NCBI GenBank assembly: GCA_048213135.1
Contig: PS015152.1
Coordinates: forward strand, 9,807 to 64,393
Source of the DNA: Reclinomonas americana ATCC 50394
Lineage: Eukaryota
DNA length: 54,587 bases
Reading direction: 5' to 3'
Under the pieces are notes generated by a model, which had not been told where the DNA came from, ran no database searches, and worked only from the letters and a program-made list of their open reading frames with translations. The translations under genes and the position numbers were made by a program. Below, in pieces: positions 43,202 to 54,587 of the stretch (its first letter is position 1; each line of letters opens with the position of its first letter).

Positions 43202-44517
43202 TCTGTCTCTCTCAGTCTCTTCTTCTCCCATGGCCTTTCTCTGCGGTGGAGGCCAAGCTTTCTCTTCCTCCACCACTGTTTCTCGCTCCGCTCTCTCTCT
43301 CTCTCTCTCTCTCGCTCTCTCGCCTTCCTCCTTGCTCCTTCTCTGTGGTGGAGGCCAAGCTTTCTGCTTCCGTCACTGTTTCTCGTTCCGCTTTCTCTCT
43401 CTCGCCTTCCCTCTTGCTACTACTCTGCGGTGGAGGCCAAGCTCTCTCTGCTCCCGCCGCTGTTTCTCGCTCCTCCCTCTCTCTCTCTCGCTCTCTGCAT
43501 GAAGCAGTTTGTCCTTCCTCCGTGTTTATTCTCCTTGTTTCTCTCTTTCTTCTCTTCTCGCTCTCACTCTGTTTTTTCCTTGTTCTCTGTGTCAATTCAG
43601 CAATCAGTGATCTTTTCTCATCTTACTGGTTTTGGTTCAATCTCTCTCTGCTTTTTCTCCCAATCTGTCTCTCCCTCCCTCTTGCTCGCTGCATTAAACA
43701 GTCCGTCCTTTCGTCCCTTGCTTTCACTGTGCCAGTCATCTTGTTCTATTCAATCAGCAGGTTACAGTTGCTTCCGTCTCCTTTATTTCTCACATGTTCA
43801 TTTCTGCAAGTCTTTGCCACCCTTCCCCCGCATACACTCACGCACTGTATCACAGTCTCGCCGCTCTTCTCTCATCTTCCCTCTCCTTCTCTTCCCCTCC
43901 CTCCCCCCACCTTCTCCTTCCCCCTCACTCCCTCTTCCCCTATTCCTCCCTCCCCTCACTTCCCGTTGCCTTCTCCTTCGCAGACCGAACTGTCCGCGTA
44001 TGGCACCTCTCCACAACACACTGCATGGCCGTACTGCGCGCGCACACCGACGAAGTCACCTCTGCCTTGTTCCTCTGCGACGGTTCCATTGCGACCGGCA
44101 GTCTCGACCGCACGATTCGGTGTTTCCCCAACGGTATGCAATTTCACGCCATCTTTTTCCCTATCTCTGCTTCCATCCAACAGTGCCATGCGGTGCACAG
44201 GCCCATGGTCACCGCTGTGGTTCCTCGATGCAGAGATGGAAGCGCTGTCGGTCGTTGTGGCCTGTTTGAAAGAACTGTCGGCCGGTGAAGAAGCAGCGCT
44301 ACCCCTGCAGGTGCTGCGATGTTTCGTGCTTGAGGATGCGCGAGTCTCGGCACACCACTGTCGTGTCGAGAAGACGCAGCGGGATCTTGATTTCCCACCA
44401 GTGCCAGTAGGGGCTGAGGTGGTGACGGTGGGCGAAGATGTTGGCGACGAACTGGGGGGTGCGGAAGGCTGCGAAGTGGAAATGGTGGCGGTGCAGGAGC
44501 AGGTTGCGTTGCGGTGA
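39922..44517 (+). CDS. Divergent intron-containing WD40 protein with the same C-terminal motif (exons 39922-40035, 41258-41957, 43984-44133, 44201-44517; 3' end uncertain)
   Basis: GHLLEV, GHTDNI...DDHTVRVW, GHTRSV, GHENWV...STDRTVRVW, AHTDEV...SLDRTIR; tail AEMEALSVVVACLKE...ALPLQVLRCFVLEDARV. Confidence 0.8.
40359..40935 (+). repeat. Intronic periodic motif ACCACAGTGYRYGAAACCGAACTC, 5 copies spaced about 125-150 bp
   Basis: Copies near 40359, 40502, 40653, 40787 and 40914 (degenerate), separated by CT/CA-rich spacers. Confidence 0.75.
42254..43645 (+). repeat. Intronic repeat of about 85-100 bp (CTCTGCGGTGGAGGCCAAGCT...CTGTTTCTCGCTC), at least 5 copies spanning a gap
   Basis: Copies near 42254, 42334, 43239, 43341 and 43423; 42334-42550 also resembles 43423-43645. 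Confidence 0.75.
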
Positions 44518-44884
44518 CGTTGACGGTCAGCGCAGTGTGAACAGCATACTGTTTGTGCCATTTGGTGCGCTGAACTGGACCCATGCACGCCGCATTCGAG
44601 CTGCCATTAATGGCTGGCGGCGGTACGACTTGATCTGGTCGCCTGTGGAGCTGAGAGATGCCGCGTTTCGCCGTCCAGTCTCCACGCCTCGGGCTGTCAA
44701 TGAATCGCCTTGATAGACTCCTCTGCCGACGACCCACAGTTGCCACAATGTACCGTTTTACAAGGTGGTCTGCAATTTTGTCAACGCGCTGTCCTGTTAT
44801 CAACCACTGATTTCTCTCATGCATATGCGCACTCACCCCTCACTTCTCCTCCTCCTCCTCCTCCTCCTCTCCACTGTGTGCGTG

Positions 44885-45070
44885 ATGGCAAGCAGCCGTC
44901 GCCACCGCGACAGAGACACAGACAGTATGATCGCAGTGACAGCCAGTGGGCAAGAGGTCGACAGTGATGACAGTGAGGAGAGTGCAGAGGAGGCATTTGC
45001 GCGGGATTCTGCGGCACTGGTGACTGAGGAGTACGATGACTCACCGCGGAATGCGAGTGGAGTGGAGTGA
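44885..45070 (+). pseudogene. Truncated upstream duplicate of the first exon of the 45482 gene
   Basis: MASSRRHRDRDTDSMIAVTASGQEVDSDDSEESAEEAFARDSAALVTEEYDDSPRNASGVE-TGA; nearly identical to 45482-45656, including upstream sequence. Confidence 0.75.
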
Positions 45071-45481
45071 GGGTGGCGCAGCCGAGGAAACTTGCAATAC
45101 TGCACACATTGGTTTGTCATGCGTTCGAATTCATCGTGAACACGCACGCAGAAGAGACTGCAGCTGGCCTCAAGATTGGGGATTGTGTAAGTGCTCTGCG
45201 TGCTGCTGGTTCTTGTTCGTGAAGACAGCTGCTGTTCAGGTTTGCTTGTTCACTGGTGAACGATTTTGAAGTTGCACTGCGGTCATTTGATCTCGTGCGT
45301 TGAATGCGTATACATTGTCGCCTTCGACGTACGCATGTAATACACTGTCGACTAACGACTTGAGTCTCACTGATCGCACTTCGTGGTACGACTGTCCTGA
45401 TGTCATCAACCGATTTCCAACATGCATTTGCGCACTCACCACTCACTTCTCCTCCTCCTCCTCATCTCCACTGTGTGCGTG

Positions 45482-48328
45482 ATGGCAAGCAGTCATCGCC
45501 ATCGCGACAGAGACAGTATGATCGCAGTGTCAGCCAGTGGGCAAGAGGTCGACAGTGATGAGAGTGAGGAGAGTGCAGAGGAGGCATTTGCGCGGGATTC
45601 TGCGGCACTGGTGACAGAGGAGTACGATGACTCACCACGGAATGCGAGTGGAGTGGGAGTGGGAGTGGCGGGAGGAGGCGCGCAGGCGAGGGCGTATGCG
45701 CGGTCGGTGGAGGTGTCGATGAGGGTGGTGAGTGGAAGGGAGAGAGGAGAGATGGGAGGGAGGAGAGGGAGAGAGGATGAGAGGAGAAGTGAGTGAGTGT
45801 GTGTGTTGTCTTTCTCTCANNNNNNNNNNNNNNNNNNNNNNNNNNNNNNNNNNNNNNNNNNNNNNNNNNNNNNNNNNNNNNNNNNNNNNNNNNNNNNNNN
45901 NNNNNNNNNNNNNNNNNNNNNNNNNNNNNNNNNNNNNNNNNNNNNNNNNNNNNNNNNNNNNNNNNNNNNNNNNNNNNNNNNNNNNNNNNNNNNNNNNNNN
46001 NNNNNNNNNNNNNNNNNNNNNNNNNNNNNNNNNNNNNNNNNNNNNNNNNNNNNNNNNNNNNCTCTCTCTCACTCTGTCTTGTTCGTCTCTCCAGGAGATT
46101 ATGTCTCGTGGAGAGACCTCTGCTGTCTCCTTTCACTTCTCTCTCTCTCTCACTCAGTCTGTGTCTGTCTCGTTCTCCCTCGTTCTCTCTCTCTCTCTCT
46201 CTGCCTCCCTTCTCCTCTTCTCTCTCNNNNNNNNNNNNNNNNNNNNTCTCAGTCTGTGTGTCTCTCTCTCTCTCTCAGTCTGTGTGTGTCTCTCTCCCGT
46301 CTCTCTCCCTTCTCTGTCACTATGTGCCTGCTCTCCTCTGTGCTGTCGCCCTTTCTACCTCATTCTTCGCACTCCCTTCTTCTCTTCTCTCTCAGTCTGT
46401 GCCTGCTCTCTTCTGTTATGTCGCCCACTCCTCGTCTGTCTCTTATCTGGAGAGAAGAAGCAACAAGAGACCTCTGTCTCTCATTGCCTCCCGTTACTCT
46501 CTCTCTCTCTCTCTCTTTCCAGCGTCTCGCTGCCTCCTTCCTGCTCAACTCTGTTCTTTCCCGCGTTTCATCACTCTCTTATCGCGCTCTCCTCCTCTTT
46601 CTGACTTCCTTCCGCTTCGTACTCGTCCTTTGCATCCATTCTCTTGTTGTTCTCTCTCTCCCTCTCTCCATGTCGTCTCCATTCTCTGTCTTCGTTCTGC
46701 CCCCTCGCTTCCTGTCTCTTCTCTGTCTTGTTTCTTCTCTTTTCTAGTTTCATCACTTGCTTGTCGCGCTCTCCCTTTGTATCCTCTCCTCTTCCTCTTC
46801 TCCTGTCTGCCCAATCACAAGTTTCAGTCTCTCGTCTTCTTTTTTCTCCTCTGGCTCTTCTCCTTCCCAATCTCAGCCCCGTCTCCTCTCATTCCCTCTC
46901 TTTCCTAACCGCAGTACAACTCATGGGAGCGCGTCGTCCGCGAGGTACGTAACTCTCTTCCGCCAGCCACGCTCTCATGCACTCTCATCCCTCACTCTCC
47001 TCTCAGGTCGGCAAGTTGTGGGAGGAAGTCGTGCAGAAGCGCGACGCCTTTGTGGACAGCGGCCAGCCAGCGTCTCCTGAAGATGACGACGACGACGACG
47101 ACGAGTACGAGAGGAAGATGCGCGCGGTGCCCAACCCGTTCAGTGCGCTGGCCACCACGTGCCTGGTGAGCGACGATGGCAAGACGCCACAGCCGCCGGC
47201 GCAGTTGAGCCCGAAAGAGGAGAAGGCGCAGCTGGACAAAGAGCTGCGGCAGATAGAGCAGCGGTTCCGCATTGGCTTGGCGCAGGTGCGTGCGTGGTTG
47301 TGCACGACTTTGTGTGCACGGGAGTCTCACCTCTTGGTTGCGAGTAGATTACTGGCGCACTTGGCAATGGAGACTGGGTTCGTCACTTTTTGCTCTTTCG
47401 CGATATTTGCGCGGCGTTGCTCACTCGCTTCTCTCGCTACAGCTACAGTCCGTTGGCTTCCGTGATCCGCTGGACGAGTTCCAGTACCTTGAGCGATGCC
47501 ACAGCATGCTCACTCAACAGTGGGCACGTACGACGCGTGCATTCGAGAGACCAGTTGCGTGAAGCAGGAGCTGGGAAGGATGGGTGTCTTTCCCCCTTCA
47601 GCTGCTTCTTGCTCTCTGTAGATCACGCTGATATTCTGTTGGCTTACACTTGACTCCCTCGCTCTCCCCCACTCGCTCCCCTCCTCTCGCTCTCCCCCTC
47701 TCGCTCTCCCCACTCCCTCCTCCACTCACTCTCCCCTACTCGCTCCCCCACTCACCTTCCCTCTCTCGCTCTCCCCTCCTCTCGCACTCCCCCTCTCGCT
47801 TCCCCCACTGGCTCCCCTCCTCTCACTCTCCCCCTCTTGCTCCCACCACTTACTCCCCCACTGGCTCCCCCACTGGCTCCCCCCACTCGCTCTCCCCCTC
47901 TTGCTCCCACCACTCGCTCCCCCCACTCGCTCCCCACTCGCTCCGCTCTCGCTCTCCCCCACTCTCCTTTTCCCCCGCTCGCTCTCCCCTCTCGCTCTCC
48001 TCCTCTCGCTCCCCCATTCGCTCTCCCCCTCTCCGCTCCCACCACTTGCTCCCCCACTTGCTCCCCTTCTCGCTCTCACCCACTCGCTTTCCCACTCTCG
48101 CTCTTTCTCTCTCGCTCTCCCCATCCTGTCTCTCCTCTCGCTTGCCCTCTCTCGCTCTTTCCCTCTCTCGCTCTTATCCTCTCCCGCTCCTTCTCTCCTG
48201 CTCCCTCCCCTCCCTTTCTCATCTCCTCTTCTTATGAGCAGACACCCGAAAGATCCGAGTTGCTGCAAGACTCGCTGCTCGCCCTCTCCGACACCATCTC
48301 CGCGCTGAGGGAGTGCGCCCTCTCATGA
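45482..48328 (+). CDS. Hypothetical acidic/coiled-coil protein, multi-exon, spanning gaps
   Basis: Phase-0 exons: 45482-45727, 46915-46944 (YNSWERVVRE), 47007-47285, about 47443-47553, 48242-48328; no recognisable domain. Confidence 0.55.
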
Positions 48329-48960
48329 ACAGTCGTCTCGACAAAAGGGCGACGTTGTATAAAGGTACCTCGTGAGTGACCATTGCACGCACGTGCACAC
48401 CTGTTCCTTTGGATCTGCAAGTGGGAATCGTGGCACCAGACGGAAAAGGAAGCTTTGGCCATCGATGATATCCAAGTGTCCAGCAGGAGGGCACGAGGGA
48501 AAGGGGCAAAGGCGGCGATCGCCCACACAGTCGCATAAGCGCTCCACTGGCCAGCCTCGCAGCGGACTAAGGTTCAGCGCTGCGTCTGAACGAATGCAAG
48601 CCCTGGAGGCAACGGGTAACCAGCGAGGTTGGTGAAGGACAAGGGCTGGAAGACCGGTGGCAAACACTTCATTCGCTACATTCCAATAAGGCGCAAAATG
48701 TCCACAAGGCGCAAACAACCATAATCCTCCAAATAGTCATCTTCCTTTCAGGATTACTGGCGACGTCGATCGCAGTGCTCGACAAGTTCGAAGCTCCGAT
48801 TCGCATACAACCTGCTCAAGACCGGTGTTTAAGCTATGGCTGTATTTCATCAACAAGGCAGCTGCTTGCCTGCTTGGTGCAAGGAAAACTCCGAAGTCAG
48901 TCACACGTCCTTGTGGGACACCGCCTCTTTTCCTCTGTCCCTTTCGTTGTGCGCACACAA

Positions 48961-49809
48961 ATGGGCAACAAAGACTCCAAAGACGGCACTGGAGACGACG
49001 CCCAATCACCCTCCTCCACTGCATCCACACCAAAACCAGATGCGCGGGCCTCTGAAGTCGCATCTGATGCATTTCGCGAGGTACATAGTCACACAGAGAC
49101 ACAGAGACAGACAGACACTGAGAGAGAGAGAGAGAGAGAGTCTGCGTCAACGAGTTTGTCATGTTGATTAACTCAATCATGCATATTGTGTGTGTCATGA
49201 TTGATTGTTTTATTGTATTTATTTTTTATTGATTGGTTGTGAAGCAACCGGAGTGGGCGCGTGTGAAGCTCAAGAAGGCTTCAGTGGAGGCTGCTGCGTC
49301 CGAGTCGCCTCCGACTACTCCTGTGTCGCCTTCTGCTGCGGAGGGATTGGATCCGGCAGTGGTGAGAACAGTGGGAGAGTTGTTCCGATTGCTGACCGAC
49401 AGTCTCTTTGCTCCCTCCTGTGTCGTTCGCTGGTGTAGCTCACTCTGTCTGTGTATCACCTGACTGCGTGCTTGCTTGCCTGCCTTCCTTGCTCATTGCT
49501 CTCGCAGTCTGTCTCTTCTCTTCTCTCAGTCTGCTTTGTGTCGCTTCCCCTCCTTTTTCCCTCCTGGCATTCTGTGTCAGTCTCCACTGCAGCACTCTGT
49601 CTGTATCGTCGGCCTGCATGCTTGTTTGCGTGCCTTCATTTCTCGTTGCCTGCTATGTGTCTCCCAGTCTGTCTCTTCTGTTCTCTCAGACTGCTTTGTG
49701 TTGCTTCCCCTCGCTTTCTCCCAGTGTCAGTCTCCACTGCAGCTCACTCTATCTGCTTGATTGCCTTCTTTGTCTGTTGCCAAGGGCGCCCTCTGGCTGT
49801 CTCTCCCAC

Positions 49810-49844
<35 letters not shown>

Positions 49845-52500
49845 GCTACGTGTCATTCTCCACTGCAGCGCTCTATCTGCGTGTCATATGACTGCTTGCT
49901 TCCCTTCCGTGGGCCCTCTGTCTCTCTCAGTCTGTCTGTCTGTCTTTCTTTCTCTCCTCTCCTGTCGTTCTATCAGTCTCCACTGCAGCGCACTCTGTCT
50001 GTGTATCATCTGCCTGCATGATTATTTGCCTGCTTTCCTTTCTCATTGCCCTCTCTAAATCTGTTTGTCTGTCTCTTCTCTCCCTCTCGCCTCTTCTGCC
50101 GCACTCTGCCTGTGTAACGTCTGCCTGCATGCTTTCTTGCTTGCTTCCCTGTCTCTTGGCCACGCGCGCGCTGTTTGGCTCTCATGCACACTCATTGGCT
50201 TTGTCTATCGTTCTCGCCTTTCCTGCGTGCATGCATTCCTGTCTTCCTCTCTCCCTCTCTCCCTCCCTTCCCACCCCCTTCCTACCCCTCACCTCGCGAG
50301 TGACTCACCTCAGTGGGACGAAATCCGCGCCAAGGCCGTACCCGGTGCGCTTGCGCCTGTGCCCATCGACGCCGACGAGAAGCGCAAGGAGAACATTGCC
50401 GCGATCAAGAAGGAAATGGTTTCCGTCTCCCTGCGCGCACTCTCTCAACGAAGAGCACTGTGCACTCACTCGCCACATTGTCGCAGCTCATGGGCAAGCT
50501 GACCAAGGAGGGCAAGCCCAACGACCTGGCTGCGGAGATTGCGATGCGAGCTCGTGGCCGCGGTCTCGGCGACGATCTCGACGAGGAGACAGGTGAGCAT
50601 TTGACGGGAGTGCTTGTTGCAAAGTGCCAAACACGGGGTTCCTCTCCTTCCACTCTTTTTGTACTTCCAATTCATCGCATCTCTTTTCAATCCCCTGTCT
50701 CGGTTCCCACTCAAACCCTTGCCTGCCAGCGTGTTTCCACCAACTTACCCATCCGCTTTACTTCTTCTATTTCCGTCTTCTTCCTGTCCCATCAAGTCCC
50801 TCACCTTCTCTCCTCCCATCTCCCCTTGCGCTCTATTTCTACTTCACTCACACCCCCGTTCTCCCTTCCCCTCCACAAAGCTCGACTGAACAAGCGACAC
50901 GCTGGCCGCCTCGACAAGCTGGTCGGCAGACTGGACCTCGGCGGACCGCGTACTCCCAGTTGCGTTCACTCACTCCGCGAGTTTGTACATGTCTTCCGTC
51001 TCTGACATGTATCCCGCGCAGGTGATCGCGATAGCGGCGTGTCGATGTCACCAGGTTCACTCTTTGCGTCTTCCTTGTGGATAAGTGGGCTCCTTACATT
51101 TTTTGCTGCGCAGGCGACCGCGACAGCACGCCGACTCCGGCCTCACCAGGTGCGCACTCAATGTGTGCAATCCTCAAAGTTAACGTCACTGACTTCTGTT
51201 CTCCATCAGACGCTGGCTCGCAATCATTCTCCGGTACGCGCCACTGCTCTGCCTGATGAGTTCTGTGTCGCTGCTGACTCTCTTTGTCTGCAGAAGCCAT
51301 CGCTGCTGCCGATGCAGACGCCACAATGGATGATGTGTCTCCGGCGCCGGCAGTCGATTCACCATCACCTGCTGCCGTGGAGGTGATGGAGCAGGCTGCC
51401 GCGATCAGCATCGCTGAAGCATCGCCTGTTCCGTCTGTTGTTGCTGCACCCGCGGCTGTTCCTGGTGTTGCGGTGGCAGCTGCCTCTGCTGTCGAGGAGG
51501 TTGCTGCAGCACCGGTTGTGCATGCTCCAGTCGCGGTAGCTGCTGCCGTTGAGGATGTACCTCCGCCCGTTGCCGTCGCTCCGGTTGTCGTTGTTGCCGC
51601 CGCTCCTCCTGTTGTCGAAGTGATGTCAGTCGCTGCAATGGAGCAGGTGTCGCCGCCTGCAGCCGCGGCTCCCGTTGCTGCTGCTCCTGTGGTCGTCGCC
51701 CAGGAGGCCGCTCCTGTGGACATCGCCGCCGAGGCTGCTCCTGTGGTCGTCGCCCAGGAGGCCGCTCCTGTAGTCGTCGCCGTCGAGGCTGCTCCTGTGG
51801 TTGTCGCCGTGGAGGCTGCTCCTGCGGTCGTCGCCGCCGAGGCTGCGCCTGTGGTCGTCGCCCAGGAGGCCGCTCCTGTCGTGGCTGCTCCTGTGGTCGT
51901 CGCCCAGGAGGCCGCTCCTGTGGTTGTTGCCGCCGTGGCTGCCCCGGTGGTTGTCGCCGCCGTGGCTGCTCCGGTGGTCGTCGAGGCTGCTCCTGCGGTC
52001 GTCGCCCAGGAGGCTGCTCCTGTAGTCGTTGCCGTCGAGGCTGCACCTGCGGTCGTCGTCGCCGAGGCTGTTCCTGTGGACGTCGCCGCCGAGGCTGCTC
52101 CTGTGGTCGTCGAGGCTGCTCATGTGGTCGTCGCCGCCGAGGCTGCTCCTGCGGTCGTCGTCGCCGAGGCTGTTCCTGTGGACGTCGCCGCCGAGGCTGC
52201 TCCTGTGGACGTGGAGGCTGCTCATGTGGTCGCCGTCGCCGAGGAGGTCGCTGCAGTGAATGTTCCACTCGCTGCTGTCGACAACGTTGCTGTATCTGTG
52301 GCTTCGGTCGCCGAGAGCGACTCTCAACAACTCTGCGTCGAATCCGTGCCTGCTGCGGTGTGTTTGGCATTTTCTCTCTTCCCGATACTCCGTCCGCGGT
52401 CTGGCAACTCAATCCTCCTTTCTTCTCTTTTTAGGCTGTGCTTGGCGCCGTTGGCCTGGACGCCGACCAATCCGACTCGACCGCCATCGCCTCTGTGTAA
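48961..52500 (+). CDS. Putatively N-myristoylated protein with a long A/V/E/P repeat region (about 10 exons)
   Basis: MGNKDSK start; in-frame exons QPEWARVKLKK, WDEIRAKA, LMGKLTKEG; several micro-exons; large exon 51294-52357; last exon 52435-52500 ending TAA. Confidence 0.7.
51670..52250 (+). repeat. Coding minisatellite, about 27 bp / 9 aa (PVVVAxEAA)
   Basis: About 20 copies of GCTCCTGTGGTCGTCGCCSAGGAGGCY-like units. Confidence 0.9.
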
Positions 52501-52661
52501 CCCACATCAATCCCCACGCCCAAAAACATGCCGTAAACACCAAATTCTGCACTTCATCGTTCTACACGCAAGGAGGGCGAAGGGGAGGAGAGAGACAGAC
52601 TCACAGAGAGAGAGGACAAAAAAGAATGTACAAACACGCACACGAATACACGCCTCCCGGT

Positions 52662-54477
52662 TCACCAAAAATCGCTAAAGCCCTGCGATGACTGTTGCTG
52701 CTGCTGCGGTGGCTTTGGCAGGCCCATCGAGAACAAATCGTCTTGTGGCGGCGGGGCCGGCATGCCAAATGGATCGTCGTCCATTATTGAGGGAACAGGT
52801 GCCGGTCGCTGCGGGACCGGCTGCTGCATCGGCGCTGGAGCGGGAGCAGCGACTGCTGCAGCAGCGGGACGACCGCCACCAAAGAAGAAATCGTCGTCGT
52901 CCAACATGGACGCGGCGGCTGCCGGCTTGGGCGCAGCAGCGGCTGCGGCGGCCGCTGGCGGCGCGCCAAACGCATCAAAGAAACTGCCACGAGTGTTCAT
53001 CGGCTGCTTGACCGGGGCGGGTGCAGCGGGCGCGGCGGCAGGAGCGGCAAAGCCACCGAGGAAGCTGGCGCTGACCGACACGGGCTTGGACTGCGGCGCA
53101 CCGAGGAAGTCGCTCATGATCGAGGACGACGAGGAGGACATTTGCGACGGCGCAGGAGAACGAGACGGCTGCGGCGGTGGCGGTGTCTTGGTGGGCTGCG
53201 GTGCGGCGGCCGGTGGCGGCGTCTTGGTCGCTTGCGGTGCAGCGGCCGGCGGCGGTGTCCTGGTCGGCTGAGGTGCGGCGGCCGGTGGTGGTGTCTTGGT
53301 TGGCTGCGGCGGAGCAGCAGCTGCAGCAGCGGCGGCGGCGGGAGGCGGGGCAGTCACGGTGACGGCTGCTGCCGGCGGAGGTGAAGGTGTGCGAGGTGGC
53401 GGCGGGGCGGCTGGCGCGAACATGTCGTCCCATGGTCTGCGACGACGGGGGGCAAGCATGAGCAGGAGAAATAACACGACAGTGAACGTGGGTGGGTAGT
53501 GTGTCACGCAACTCGGAGACCTCGTCTGTGGGCGGCTGGAACTGGAAGCCGCCGACCACAGGCTGCGTGACGGTCGCCATTTCGCCGAGGAGGTCTGGAG
53601 AAGGGATAGATGGTGATGATGAGGAGAAAGGTGGGAAGAGAGTCGTTACCCCTCTCCCTTCACTACACACCTGCTTCTTGAGCCGGATGGAAACTGGCGT
53701 GGATCTTCTGGAACGGCTTGCCTTCCAACTCTGCACTCAGCGAAAACAATCAGCCCTTGCCAACAAGAGAGAAACCAACTTCTGGTACGAAGAACGCACC
53801 CAGCAACTGCGTGTGACCACCGCCGGCCTCGGCGAGTGTGATGCCGTAGCCGAGCGTGCGAATAATGTTCGTAATGTTGCCGGCGTTCAGCGGCACCAGT
53901 TGGTCGGCTCCCCACACCAAGAATTCACCGGCGACTGCGCGACACACGAAACTGTGTGAGCAACGTCCAGATTGAGGGAGGAGGCCACACTCACCGTCCG
54001 TGGTCTCCACAGCGCCCACGTTGCGCACAGCACCAATGGCATCGTGCAGCACCTCCACGTCGTCGCTGCAGGGGAGAGTGATGAGCTTGTCAATACCAAA
54101 GACATCAGAGAGCAAACGTCGACGAACTGTGAATTGACTCCCGACAGAACCAATCGCAAATCGCACGGTCCGCGGTTGTCGTCCTGATTGTGCAAGTGCA
54201 CCTCGGCGGCGAATGCGCCGTCCTCCGCGCGCTGTCCGGTCACTGGCAGTGAAGCGTCAGCAAACTACACGTCGAGTGAACAACGACGCACGAGGACTCA
54301 CCCGTGGGCGTGAACCCCAAGCTACGGATCAGCATCACCAGCGGCTCGGACGTGGGCATATCCCGACCCTTGGCCACCACGTGCACTCGGTGTTCCTTGT
54401 CGCCATGCTGCGCAATCGACACACTGTCGACGCCCGTCATGGCGCCGAGTGCCATCTCGAGGCGCTGGACGTTTTGC
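52662..54477 (-). CDS. Protein with two HMA-fold-like segments and a Pro-rich disordered tail; 5' end outside the window
   Basis: Spliced exons give LEMALGAMTGVDSVSI...LVMLIRSLGF and LHDAIGAVRNVGAVET...ITNIIRTLGY; PTKTPPPAAA repeats; DDDPF, DDLF; ends GFSDFW-TGA. Confidence 0.65.
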
Positions 54478-54587
54478 CTGCCGGAGAATGAACGTCAGCA
54501 GGGGGAAAGGGCGAGAGGGAGATAAAGGGGGAGGGGAGAGGGAGAGGGAGTGGGAGAGGGAGAGGGAGAGGGAGAGGGAGAGGGAGA

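Noticed and set aside
44438-44713. Separate 91-aa gene after the divergent WD40
   Set aside because: No ATG start. It may be an extra terminal exon, but the best donor (GTTGCG at 44503) gives only a 28-nt intron, so it is left unresolved.

Overview
Eukaryotic (protist-like) draft scaffold with GC-rich exons, CT/CA/GA-microsatellite-rich introns and 10 N-gaps. The dominant feature is an expanded WD40 family of 17 loci. There is a minus-strand tandem array at 1-12.8 kb (10 loci: one with a nonsense codon, one truncated, one split by a flipped contig), a plus-strand copy at 13.5 kb and a plus-strand array of four at 33.4-39.4 kb. Two divergent intron-containing relatives lie at 24.6 kb and 39.9-44.5 kb. 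Complete copies encode a 7-blade propeller with a near-invariant scaffold, hypervariable residues at GH-x-x-x-V-x and SGS-x-D-x, and patchwork blade sharing between paralogs. They end in a conserved two-part C-terminal module (helix, acidic linker, CL[P/A]ExVLRCFIxE[E/D]AxV). I infer a diversifying recognition-receptor repertoire, possibly E3-ligase adaptors. Spliced neighbours encode an EF-hand protein, a short NH3-dependent-type NAD+ synthetase (first exon displaced in the scaffold), an RCC1-repeat protein, an ankyrin protein, an EEF2KMT/FAM86-like methyltransferase, a secreted CBM19-like protein, an unknown acidic protein, a putatively myristoylated A/V/E/P-repeat protein and an HMA-like protein with a Pro-rich tail. 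Many introns use an atypical GTTGCG donor. Exon models were built by eye and no database searches were run.
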